DNA of 62,507 nt from Bacteroidales bacterium (GTDB lineage: Bacteria > Bacteroidota > Bacteroidia > Bacteroidales > UBA12077), in assembly GCA_028282585.1 (NCBI GenBank), contig JANQHR010000088.1, forward strand, positions 1 to 62,507, given 5' to 3'. The notes under the pieces are model-generated. The model did no database searches, was not told the DNA's origin, and saw only the letters and a program-made list of their open reading frames with translations. A program made the translations under genes and the position numbers. This document shows, one piece after another, positions 28,527-38,195 of this stretch. Each line of letters begins with the position of its first letter. The stretch's first letter is position 1.

Positions 28527-30953
28527 ATGTTTAGAAATTTTTTAAAAGTATCTATCCGAAATATAATAAGAAATAGGACATATTCAATTATAAATATTTT
28601 AGGATTATCAATTGGAATGGCATGTAGTATTTTAATTACCCTTTTTATTTTGGATGAACTAAGTTATGATCGCTATCATAAAAATGCAGATAATATATTT
28701 AGAGTTGGTATTGAAGGAAACTTTGGTGGTAATGAAATAAAAGCTTATGTTACTGGTTCACCTGTAGGTCCAGCTTATGTTGACGGAATCCCCGAAGTAA
28801 TTTCAAGCGTTAGAGTTATTAAAACTACATTTACTTCAAGTGAGATGTTAGTGAAATTTGGAGATAGAAAATTTATTGAAGAAAACATGTTTTACGCAGA
28901 CAGTACGTTTTTTGAAATCTTCGATGCTAATTTTATTAGAGGAAATCCTGATGAATGTTTGATTCTACCAAATCAGATAGTAATAACTGAATCAATTTCA
29001 AACAAATACTTTGGGAATTTGGAAGCTATTGGAAAATCATTGGAAATATCGGGTGAAGAATATATAATAGCAGGTGTTGTTGAAGATGTTCCTGCGAATT
29101 CACATTTTCATTATTCTATATTAATTTCTATGGTTAGCACTGAGTATGGTGATTATAAAACATGGTTAGGTTATGATATGTGTTATACCTATATCTTATT
29201 AAAGGAAGGGGCAAACTTATCTAAAGTGTCTGAGAAAATACAGGAATTATCTCTTAAAAATGTAGAAAAAGATTTGATTGATTTTTTTGGAACTGACTTA
29301 GAGACATTCTATAATTCAGGTAATTATTTTAAATATTTATTACAACCTATTACAGAAATTCATTTGCATTCGCACACTGATTTCGAGATTGAAGCTAATT
29401 CAGATATTAAATATGTTTATATTTTTTCTGTTATTGCTTTATTTATTCTTATCGTAGCCTGTATAAATTTTATGAACTTATCAACTGCAAGATCGGCTAA
29501 AAGAGCTAAAGAAGTTGGTGTAAGAAAAGTTGTTGGAGGCAGTAGAACTGCGTTATTCAGACAGTTTTTATTTGAGTCTATAGTGTTGAGCCTTATTTCG
29601 CTGATAATTGCAATGATTGTCATAGAATCAATCTTGCCTCTTTTCAATAATTTTATTTCCAAAGATTTAAATGTAGGTTATTCGGAAAATATCCTCGCAA
29701 TACCTTTGTTAGTTCTACTCGCTATTATTGTGGGTCTGTTTTCAGGAGTTTATTCTGCAGGATACTTATCTTCTATTGAAGTTTTAAGTGTATTAAAAGG
29801 TTCCTTTTTTACTGGAAAGAGCCACTCTTGGTTTAGAAACATATTAGTTGTTTTTCAGTTTACGGTTTCGATAGTGTTGTTTATTAGCACATTTATAATT
29901 TATAGTCAACTGGTCTATATAAAAAATAAAGATATCGGATTTAAGAAGGAGAACATCTTGGTAGTTAATAAAGCCAGTTACTTAAGGGATTCATATCAAG
30001 CTTTTAAACAAGAATTGGAAAGTAATTCAATGATCAGCAGTGTTACATATTCCAATACACTTCCCGGAAAACTGTTTGGAGGGTTTCCTGTGGTTGTGTT
30101 AAGGGGAGAATCGCACGATTCTTATGTACCAAGAATGATTAGTGTCGATTATGATTTTGCAAAAACGTATGAACTCAAGGTGAAGGAGGGTAGGTTCTTT
30201 TCTGAAGAATTTTCGGCAGACTCATTTTCAGTGGTATTGAACGAATCCGCTGTTAAAGAATTCGGACTTGTTGAGCCTGTCGCAGGGCAAAAATTACTAA
30301 CCACATTTGGTAAAAGAGAAATTTTTTGGGAAATAGTTGGAGTGGTGGAGAATTTTAACTTTAGATCGCTGCATCAAAATGTTGGATCGTTGATTATTCT
30401 TCCAAACAAACAACAACTTGAACTAATTTCAATTAAACTTAATACAGGTATAGATAACGAAGCTATAAAATTATTAAGAGAAACGTGGGAAAAATTCGTA
30501 TTAGATTCACCGTTTGATTACACAATAATGGAAGATGACTTTATTCAAATGCACAATCAAGAATTCAAAACAGGTGAGATTTTTGCATTATTTTCGATAT
30601 TGGCAATTTTTATTGCGTGTTTAGGTTTGCTAGGATTGGCATCATTCATGGTAGAGCAAAAAACAAAAGAGATTGGTATTCGAAAAACCATGGGAGCCTC
30701 AATTCTTAATATAATACGATTATTATTAAAACAATTCTCAATATGGGTTTTAATAGCAAATATTATTGCTTGGCCATTAGCTTATTATTTAATGAATATG
30801 TGGTTGCGGAATTTTGCCTATCATACAAACATTAAATTATGGATATTTCCAGCCTCAGCAGCTTTAGCATTATTTATAGCTATTTTTACTGTTGTATTTC
30901 AAGCCGTAACAGCTGCAAGCAGAAACCCGGTTGATTCATTAAGATACGAATAG
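28527..30953 (+). CDS. MacB/FtsX-family ABC permease
   Basis: VACINFMNLSTARS, KEVGVRK, CLGLLGL, NPVDSLRYE. Confidence 0.93.
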   Translation: MFRNFLKVSIRNIIRNRTYSIINILGLSIGMACSILITLFILDELSYDRYHKNADNIFRVGIEGNFGGNEIKAYVTGSPVGPAYVDGIPEVISSVRVIKTTFTSSEMLVKFGDRKFIEENMFYADSTFFEIFDANFIRGNPDECLILPNQIVITESISNKYFGNLEAIGKSLEISGEEYIIAGVVEDVPANSHFHYSILISMVSTEYGDYKTWLGYDMCYTYILLKEGANLSKVSEKIQELSLKNVEKDLIDFFGTDLETFYNSGNYFKYLLQPITEIHLHSHTDFEIEANSDIKYVYIFSVIALFILIVACINFMNLSTARSAKRAKEVGVRKVVGGSRTALFRQFLFESIVLSLISLIIAMIVIESILPLFNNFISKDLNVGYSENILAIPLLVLLAIIVGLFSGVYSAGYLSSIEVLSVLKGSFFTGKSHSWFRNILVVFQFTVSIVLFISTFIIYSQLVYIKNKDIGFKKENILVVNKASYLRDSYQAFKQELESNSMISSVTYSNTLPGKLFGGFPVVVLRGESHDSYVPRMISVDYDFAKTYELKVKEGRFFSEEFSADSFSVVLNESAVKEFGLVEPVAGQKLLTTFGKREIFWEIVGVVENFNFRSLHQNVGSLIILPNKQQLELISIKLNTGIDNEAIKLLRETWEKFVLDSPFDYTIMEDDFIQMHNQEFKTGEIFALFSILAIFIACLGLLGLASFMVEQKTKEIGIRKTMGASILNIIRLLLKQFSIWVLIANIIAWPLAYYLMNMWLRNFAYHTNIKLWIFPASAALALFIAIFTVVFQAVTAASRNPVDSLRYE

Positions 30954-30979
30954 ATAATATATTTACATTTTTTCTAAAT

Positions 30980-31086
30980 CGTCCGAAAAAGTACAAAATT
31001 GTGCATTTTCGGACGATTTGTATTTCAGGGTATCATTTATAAGTGTCATTTAGCTAGTTTTTTAAGCTGTTCGGCACGATATCTGA
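30980..31086 (+). promoter_or_regulatory. Tandem enhancer boxes plus sigma54-like promoter
   Basis: cgtccgaaaaagtaca-aaat-tgtgcattttcggacg (30980-31015); CGGCACGATATCTGA (31072-31086). Confidence 0.65.
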
Positions 31087-31220
31087 TAATGAAGGAATTG
31101 CTATTGGGAAAAATGAAAAATCATTTTAACATAACTTTAACTATTTGTGCATTGACTTTTAAAACAATAAAAGATAGATTTGTACGAATCATTTCGTAAT
31201 CTAAATTAAAATATCATATT

Positions 31221-33599
31221 ATGTTTAAAAACCTATTTAAAATCGCCATTCGAAATATATTTAAGGATCTTGGCTATAGTAGTTTAAATATCCTTGGTTT
31301 AACCTTGGGTATTGCGAGCGCATTATTTCTAATTATTTATATTGCTGATGAAGTTAGCTACGATAGATATCACGAAAAGGCAGATCGAATTTATCGTGTA
31401 GTATCCCATATTTCAGAAACTGATGATGAATTTACCTGGATTGTAGCGCAGATTCCTTTCGGTCCTCAAATAGTTCAAGATTACCCTGAAGTAGAGCATT
31501 CGGTAAGGTTTATAGGAGGTGGGCGAGAGTTGTTTAAATATGAAGATAAGGAGTTCTACGAGGAGGAATTCTTTTTTGCAGATTCCAATGTTTTTGATGT
31601 ATTTACATATGAATTTATTAAAGGTTCTCCTGAAGGAGCTTTAATTGAACCAAATACAATTGTTATTTCTGAAAAAATCTCCGCAAAGTATTTTGGTAAC
31701 GAAGAACCAATTGGAAAAACGCTTTTAAATGGTGAAGATGCATATAGGGTAACAGGAGTAATTAAAGAGGTACCTTTTAACTCTCATTTCAGATTCGATG
31801 CATTAATGTCAAGAAGAAGCTTACCTGCTGAAATGGGAAATTGGGGAAGTTTTGGGGTGTTTACTTATATATTATTACCAGAAGGTTTAGATTATAAGGA
31901 GTTTGAAAATAAAATAACTGAAATGTATGATAAATACATGGCAGAGATTTTTCAAAGTTTAGGCATTACAATTGAATATATTCTGCAACCGATTACAGAT
32001 ATTCATCTAAAGTCAACCTTTGAAGGAGAACCTGAACCAACAGGAAGTTATGCGTATGTCATCATATTTGCGGTTGTAGCTTTATTTTTGGTGTTAATTG
32101 CTGCAATGAATTATATGAATTTAGCAACAGCAAGGTCAGCAAAACGAGCTCGAGAGGTTGGACTTAGGAAAGTTGTTGGCTCTCATCGCGGTAGTTTAAT
32201 TTTTCAATTTTTAACAGAATCAACGGTTCTTACATTTATTTCTTTACTATTAAGTATTGTTTTAGTTGTATTATTATTGCCACAATTTAATAACCTGGCG
32301 GGTAAATCCTATGAAGTCTTTGTTTTATACAGTCCGGTTACTATTTTAACAATGATCGTTATTATTGTTGTTGTAGGTATCTTTGGAGGAAGTTATCCTG
32401 CATTTTATTTATCTAGGTTTAGCCCGGTTATCGTATTAAAGGGAGAAATTACCAAAGGCTCGTCAGGTAGTGCTTTTCGAAAGGTTTTAGTTGTAATTCA
32501 ATTTACTATCTCCGTGGCCATGATTATTTCAACTTTAGTTGTTTACAAACAATTAAATTATCTTAAAACTAAAGATTTAGGGTACGATATGAATAATGTT
32601 ATTAGCATGCAATTTACAACCCAGGAAATGATTCAGAAATATTCTGTACTAAAGCAAGCATTACTTGAAAATCCTAATATAAAAAATGTTAGTTCAACAA
32701 ATACCAGGCTTGGTCAGGGGTCATCAAAATCATTATTTAATGTTGAAACAACTGATGGTATGCAACAAAGAGGAATTAATATGGCTGTTGTTGATCATGA
32801 CTTTATAGAAACTTTAGGAATTACAATGTTGGAAGGTAGGGATTTTCAGGAAGATATGCCTTCTGATACCTTATTAGGAGTTATTGTTAATGAGACAATG
32901 GCAAAAAGATTTAATTGGGATAAACCATTGGGTAAAAAAGTTGAACTTGAATACGAGGGTGTAGAATATCTTAGGGCTACTGTTATAGGATTGATGAAAG
33001 ATTATCATCAAACTGGCATGTATAATGATATTGAAACTTTAATGTTATTATATAGCACTGAAAACAGAATCGTTTATGCAAAATTGGATGATAAAGATAT
33101 TCAAGGAACGATTCGATATATTGAAGGTCGATGGAATGAGATCTTTCCCAATGAACCATTTACCTATACGTTCTTATCAGATCGATTTAATGAACAATTT
33201 GGCGCTGATGAAAAACGTGGTTTTATTTTTACTTTATTTACAGTATTAGCTATATTAATTGCTTGTTTGGGACTTTTTGGTTTAGCTTCGTATACTGTTG
33301 AGCAAAGAACAAAAGAAATTGGAATTCGCAAAGTTGTCGGTGCAAGTGAAGGAACAGTGGTAAAACTAATCTCTAAGGAGTTTTTAGTTTTAATTACCAT
33401 TTCCATTATCATTGCATTTCCATTATCGTTTTATTTTATGCGTGATTGGTTACAACAATTTGTTTATCGTACCAATCTTGGTTTATATGTCTTTGTTTTA
33501 GCAGGTATTATTTCCATAGGAATTACATTTATTACAATTAGTTTCCAGGCCTGGAAAGCTGCAAATACAAACCCTTCAGAATCACTAAGAGTGGAATGA
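31221..33599 (+). CDS. MacB/FtsX-family ABC permease
   Basis: AAMNYMNLATARS, REVGLRK, CLGLFGL, NPSESLRVE. Confidence 0.93.
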   Translation: MFKNLFKIAIRNIFKDLGYSSLNILGLTLGIASALFLIIYIADEVSYDRYHEKADRIYRVVSHISETDDEFTWIVAQIPFGPQIVQDYPEVEHSVRFIGGGRELFKYEDKEFYEEEFFFADSNVFDVFTYEFIKGSPEGALIEPNTIVISEKISAKYFGNEEPIGKTLLNGEDAYRVTGVIKEVPFNSHFRFDALMSRRSLPAEMGNWGSFGVFTYILLPEGLDYKEFENKITEMYDKYMAEIFQSLGITIEYILQPITDIHLKSTFEGEPEPTGSYAYVIIFAVVALFLVLIAAMNYMNLATARSAKRAREVGLRKVVGSHRGSLIFQFLTESTVLTFISLLLSIVLVVLLLPQFNNLAGKSYEVFVLYSPVTILTMIVIIVVVGIFGGSYPAFYLSRFSPVIVLKGEITKGSSGSAFRKVLVVIQFTISVAMIISTLVVYKQLNYLKTKDLGYDMNNVISMQFTTQEMIQKYSVLKQALLENPNIKNVSSTNTRLGQGSSKSLFNVETTDGMQQRGINMAVVDHDFIETLGITMLEGRDFQEDMPSDTLLGVIVNETMAKRFNWDKPLGKKVELEYEGVEYLRATVIGLMKDYHQTGMYNDIETLMLLYSTENRIVYAKLDDKDIQGTIRYIEGRWNEIFPNEPFTYTFLSDRFNEQFGADEKRGFIFTLFTVLAILIACLGLFGLASYTVEQRTKEIGIRKVVGASEGTVVKLISKEFLVLITISIIIAFPLSFYFMRDWLQQFVYRTNLGLYVFVLAGIISIGITFITISFQAWKAANTNPSESLRVE

Positions 33600-33610
33600 T
33601 ATTTATTATT

Positions 33611-33717
33611 TGTGCAAAACTGAACAAAATTGTTCATAATCGAACGGTAGAGTTATATAAGAAATAACAATAACTGTTTTTATATTAATTCTTTATGGAA
33701 TTTGGAATATGATTTGT
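33611..33717 (+). promoter_or_regulatory. Tandem enhancer boxes plus sigma54-like promoter
   Basis: tgtgcaaaactgaaca-aaat-tgttcataatcgaacg (33611-33646); TGGAATATGATTTGT (33703-33717). Confidence 0.65.
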
Positions 33718-33749
33718 TAAAATTCTAAAAACTTTAAAACAACTACAAA

Positions 33750-36161
33750 ATGTTCAAGCATAACCTTAAAATTGCTTTAAGGAATGTCTTTAAGTACTGG
33801 AATTATTCTATCATAAATATTGGTGGATTAGCAATTGGATTAGCCAGCTTTATTTTTATTGTTCTATATATTGATGATGAATTGAAATATGATAAGTTTC
33901 ATGAAAATGCTGATAATATATATAGGGTTAATCGTTTGTACAATAGTAATGATGTAAATGAAGATGCAGCTACCGTATCTTTTCCTTGTGGCCCAACACT
34001 GGTGTTAGACTATCCAAATATTGTAAAAACACAAGTAAGGTTTTTTAATAACCTACAGAATCAATGGTTTTTTGATTACGAAAGAGAAGATGGGGAAATA
34101 ATTCGTTTTAATGAACCATACTTTCTATTGGCGGATTCAACTGTATTTGATATTTTCACCCTTCCTTTTATTAAAGGTGATCCCGAAACTGCATTAGATA
34201 ATCCTGGAACTATTGTTGTTACGAGATCTACCGCAAAAAGATATTTTGGAGACGAACCGGCAATTGGAAAAGTGCTGAGAGTAGAAGAAGGATTAGATTT
34301 TGAGGTAACGGGAGTAATTGAAGATTTACCTTCCCAATCACATATAAAAATTGATATTCTTGGGTCATTAAATACATTTCGCCAATTTGGTAATGGGCAA
34401 TTTCCGCAAACCTGGATTTGGAATCCATGCTGGACTTACGTGTTGCTGCATGAAGACACCGATCCTAATCAATTAAATGAAAGATTTCCCGAATTCTATG
34501 AAAACCATTATGATGATTTTAAAGATGCAGATGTGACACTTTATTTACAAGCTCTTACCGATATTCATTTAAAATCTCATCATGTATATGAAATGAGGCC
34601 GAATAGCAATATTGTTTATGTTTATATACTATCTATCGTTGCCGCAATTATATTGATTTTGGCATGTATCAATTTTATGAATTTAACCACCGCAAGTTCG
34701 ACCGGAAGAGCAAAGGAGATTGGAATAAAGAAAGTGTTTGGAAGTAAAAGAAGAAATTTGGTATTTCAATTTCTCGGTGAAGCAGTTGTGCAGAGCTTTT
34801 TTGCAATGTTAATTGCTATCATTATTGTAGAACTTTTACTCCCGGGTTACAATAGTTTTACAGGTAAAAACATTACTCCTTCTTTTTTAGTTGAGATGAA
34901 ATTATTAGGTTTTATTGTTGCAGTGTCTTTCGTTGTGGGTTTATTATCTGGGATATATCCTGCATTTATTTTATCGGCATTTAAACCATTGAGGGTTTTA
35001 AAAGGAGTTTTAAAAAGTGGAGCAAAATCAGTTAAAGCTAGAAAAGTACTCGTTGTTGTACAGTTTTCAATTTCCATTAGTTTAATTATAGGAAGTTTAA
35101 TTGTTTTTTCTCAATTAAAGTTTTTGAGAAATGCAGAGCTAGGCTTTAAAAAAGATCATATAATAAATATCGTAAGAGTTGGAGATTTATTTAATAATTA
35201 TGAGGCATTTCGTCAACAATTACTTTCTCATAAAGATATTGAATTTGTTACTGGTGCTGAAGATTATTTAGGTATAAATCATAATACTCGTGATTATGAG
35301 GTAGAGGGACTAACTCCAGGACAGCGTTTTTATATTCCCACATTTTTGGTAGATTGGGATTTTATTGAAACTTTTGATATTGAGGTGGTTGAGGGTAGAG
35401 CTTTTTCGAGGGATTTTCCAAGTGACACAATAAATGCAGTAATGATTAATGAAACTATGGTAAAGGACATGGGCTGGACCAATGAGGAAGCAATAGGAAA
35501 GAGAATCGTATCCCGTGATGGTGATGAAAGGGTTATTGGTGTATATAAGGATTTTAATGCTATGTCTTTACATCGTCCTGTAAATAAATTTATTTTGGAT
35601 ATGTTCCGGAGACCGGATATGTTTGCCAGAGTTATTTCAATTCGATTTAGTTCCAATAACTATCAAGAAGTAATTGAGCATATTGAGAAAACCTGGTACG
35701 ATTTTGTTCCAACGCGTCCTTTTGAGTACCAATTTTTTGATCAACAATTAGACAATTTATATAAGGATGAGTTAAGATTTGGAAGATTTTCAGTAATACT
35801 AACAATTTTAGCCATAATGATAGCAAGTATGGGATTAATTGGCTTAACTTCATTTTTAGCAGAACAACGTACTAAAGAAATAGGCATACGCAGAGCTTTA
35901 GGTTCTTCTACAAAATCAATTATAGGATTAATGGCAAAAGAGTTTTTGTGGTTATTGCTTGTTGCAAATGCTATTTCATGGCCAATTACTTATTTTGTAA
36001 CAACAAATTGGCTTGAGAGCTATTCCAGGCATATCTCAACCAACTGGGGGGTTTACTTTTTATCAAGTATTTTAACTTTAATAATTGCAATGATAATTAT
36101 TACCATAAGGGCATATAGAACTGCAATGTTAAACCCTTCACAAACATTAAGATATGAATAA
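33750..36161 (+). CDS. MacB/FtsX-family ABC permease
   Basis: LACINFMNL, KEIGIKK, RTKEIGIRRALG, NPSQTLRYE. Confidence 0.93.
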   Translation: MFKHNLKIALRNVFKYWNYSIINIGGLAIGLASFIFIVLYIDDELKYDKFHENADNIYRVNRLYNSNDVNEDAATVSFPCGPTLVLDYPNIVKTQVRFFNNLQNQWFFDYEREDGEIIRFNEPYFLLADSTVFDIFTLPFIKGDPETALDNPGTIVVTRSTAKRYFGDEPAIGKVLRVEEGLDFEVTGVIEDLPSQSHIKIDILGSLNTFRQFGNGQFPQTWIWNPCWTYVLLHEDTDPNQLNERFPEFYENHYDDFKDADVTLYLQALTDIHLKSHHVYEMRPNSNIVYVYILSIVAAIILILACINFMNLTTASSTGRAKEIGIKKVFGSKRRNLVFQFLGEAVVQSFFAMLIAIIIVELLLPGYNSFTGKNITPSFLVEMKLLGFIVAVSFVVGLLSGIYPAFILSAFKPLRVLKGVLKSGAKSVKARKVLVVVQFSISISLIIGSLIVFSQLKFLRNAELGFKKDHIINIVRVGDLFNNYEAFRQQLLSHKDIEFVTGAEDYLGINHNTRDYEVEGLTPGQRFYIPTFLVDWDFIETFDIEVVEGRAFSRDFPSDTINAVMINETMVKDMGWTNEEAIGKRIVSRDGDERVIGVYKDFNAMSLHRPVNKFILDMFRRPDMFARVISIRFSSNNYQEVIEHIEKTWYDFVPTRPFEYQFFDQQLDNLYKDELRFGRFSVILTILAIMIASMGLIGLTSFLAEQRTKEIGIRRALGSSTKSIIGLMAKEFLWLLLVANAISWPITYFVTTNWLESYSRHISTNWGVYFLSSILTLIIAMIIITIRAYRTAMLNPSQTLRYE

Positions 36162-36420
36162 TGATTTTATCAAATGAATATAATATATTTGTTAACATTC
36201 TAAATGATTAACCAAAATTATTTTAAAATGGTACTTATTATAGTTTTTATTGCATTAATAAGTTTTATTACTGCCTTAATTAGTAGAGCGTTTTAGTAAA
36301 AGCTTAAAATATTCTGGGAAAATTATCTTATTGATGTTGAATTATTAGGAAGAATTTTTAAGAAAAGTCTTAAATTTTTTTCTTTAAATATCTTATTTTA
36401 GACGAAGTAAACATAAAGAG

Positions 36421-37353
36421 ATGATTCCGAAAAACCGTTACCAGAAAGAATACATTTATCGCATAAATAAAGTAATTGATTATATTGAGATAAATCTTGA
36501 TAAATCGTTAAATTTAAATGCATTAGCTGAAATTGCTAATTTCTCTCCATATCATTTTCATCGAATTTTTAGTGCATTTACAGGTGAAACCTTAAATAAT
36601 TTTATTAGCAGAGTACGAACAGAGAAAGCAGCAAGCCTGTTAATAAGTGATCCGGAAACCCCGATAAGCGAAATAGCATATTATTGTGGATATAACAGTA
36701 ATTCAGTTTTTAGTAGAGTGTTTAAGAATCGATTTAAGGTTAGTGCAAGTGAATACAGGGAAAAAATGCTAAAAGAACTTAGCAAGATCGGTCAATCCGA
36801 TAGCAAGATTGATAAAATGAATGGATCTTCCAATGACTACATTCGTATTGTAGAATTAACAGAAAAATGGAAGAATCTTATGAAAACAAACATTGAAATT
36901 AAAGAAATGCCTGCTTTGGATTTAATTTACTGCAGACACGTAGGACAGTATGATCAAATTGGTAAAGCATATGAAAAATTATTTAAATGGGCAGGACCAA
37001 GAGGATTGTTAAACTTTCCTGAAACTAAAACAGCAACTGTATATCATGATGATCCTAAGGTTACAGATATAGAAAACCTTCGCCAAAGTGCATGTATTAC
37101 TGTTGAAAAGGAGGTTAAACCAGATGGAGAGTTTGGTAAGTTGCAAGTACCTGCAGGTAAATGTGCAGTTGGTCGTTTTGAAATTGATGTAACAGAATTT
37201 AGTGAAGCTTGGAATGCTATGTGTATATGGGTTTCGAAAAGCGGATATCAACCGGATGATAAAAACCCCTATGAATTGTATTATAAAGACCCCGAACATC
37301 ATCCGGAAAATAAATTTGAATTAGATATTTGTATTCCTGTGAAACCATTGTAA
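36421..37353 (+). CDS. AraC-family regulator with C-terminal GyrI-like domain
   Basis: FSPYHFHRIF, EIAYYCGY..FSRVFK; GyrI-like YHDDP, YELY, DICIPV. Confidence 0.92.
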   Translation: MIPKNRYQKEYIYRINKVIDYIEINLDKSLNLNALAEIANFSPYHFHRIFSAFTGETLNNFISRVRTEKAASLLISDPETPISEIAYYCGYNSNSVFSRVFKNRFKVSASEYREKMLKELSKIGQSDSKIDKMNGSSNDYIRIVELTEKWKNLMKTNIEIKEMPALDLIYCRHVGQYDQIGKAYEKLFKWAGPRGLLNFPETKTATVYHDDPKVTDIENLRQSACITVEKEVKPDGEFGKLQVPAGKCAVGRFEIDVTEFSEAWNAMCIWVSKSGYQPDDKNPYELYYKDPEHHPENKFELDICIPVKPL

Positions 37354-37357
37354 AAAC

Positions 37358-37389
37358 AAAAACCGAAGATTAAAATCTTCGGTTTTTTT
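37358..37389. terminator. Bidirectional intrinsic terminator
   Basis: aaaaaccgaagatt / aatcttcggttttt. Confidence 0.85.
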
Positions 37390-37698
37390 AAAAAATACTG
37401 TCCCGGATTATATGAATAGACTAATAGAAAAATGACTTTTATATTTCAAACCAGGACAGTAAAAACTTAATTAAGCTTTAGAATTAATTAGGAATAAAAT
37501 AAAAAATCACAGGATTAAATATCATCTGTTTTTATCTGACGTTTAATATTTAAGTAAGTTACATTTAAGCACATCACATAAAACATTTATTAAAGTATCA
37601 TATTAAAATTTAGATTTCTAACTTTTTGTAAGTTAACTTTGTTTACCTGTTGATTCTGATTAATAAAAGTAATATGTTTATAGTCTAAATTTATTCAT

Positions 37699-38184
37699 AT
37701 GAAGATCACTCCATACCTATTATTAGCATTTTTTTTAATTCAATTTTCTGCTTGTAAATCTTCAAAAGAAATATCTGAACAACACGAAATAACATTTGGT
37801 AAAGATTTGTTAGAAATCGATATAGATATTGATGAATATGTAAATTTTCGCTTAATTAACAATTCTTCAAAGCCGATAAAAATACAAATGGCAGAAAAAT
37901 TATATATTGAAAAATTTACTAAAGGAAACTGGATTAAGTTAAGAATACTTCCATGTCCTTGCGATGCTCCTTGTGCGAGATTGGAAGAACAAATTGAAAT
38001 TCCCGTTATGGAAAAATATTTATTGAGTTGGAATAAAAATGAAAGTTGGTGTGGCAATAGAAACGAAAAGGGAATTAGAGAAACATTAACGAAAAAGGTC
38101 GAACCAGGAAGATATCGAATAAGAATTATTCAAAAAAATGAAGGAACAAAAAATAGTGTTATATATAAAGAGTTTCAAATTTAA
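37699..38184 (+). CDS. Hypothetical lipoprotein
   Basis: Lipobox FSAC; CPCDAPC..WC; PGRYRI Ig-like end. Confidence 0.75.
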   Translation: MKITPYLLLAFFLIQFSACKSSKEISEQHEITFGKDLLEIDIDIDEYVNFRLINNSSKPIKIQMAEKLYIEKFTKGNWIKLRILPCPCDAPCARLEEQIEIPVMEKYLLSWNKNESWCGNRNEKGIRETLTKKVEPGRYRIRIIQKNEGTKNSVIYKEFQI

Positions 38185-38195
38185 TAAGGGGTAAT

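Noticed and set aside
30999-31199. 66-aa ORF between permeases
   Set aside because: Overlaps enhancer and promoter motifs, TTG start, no features
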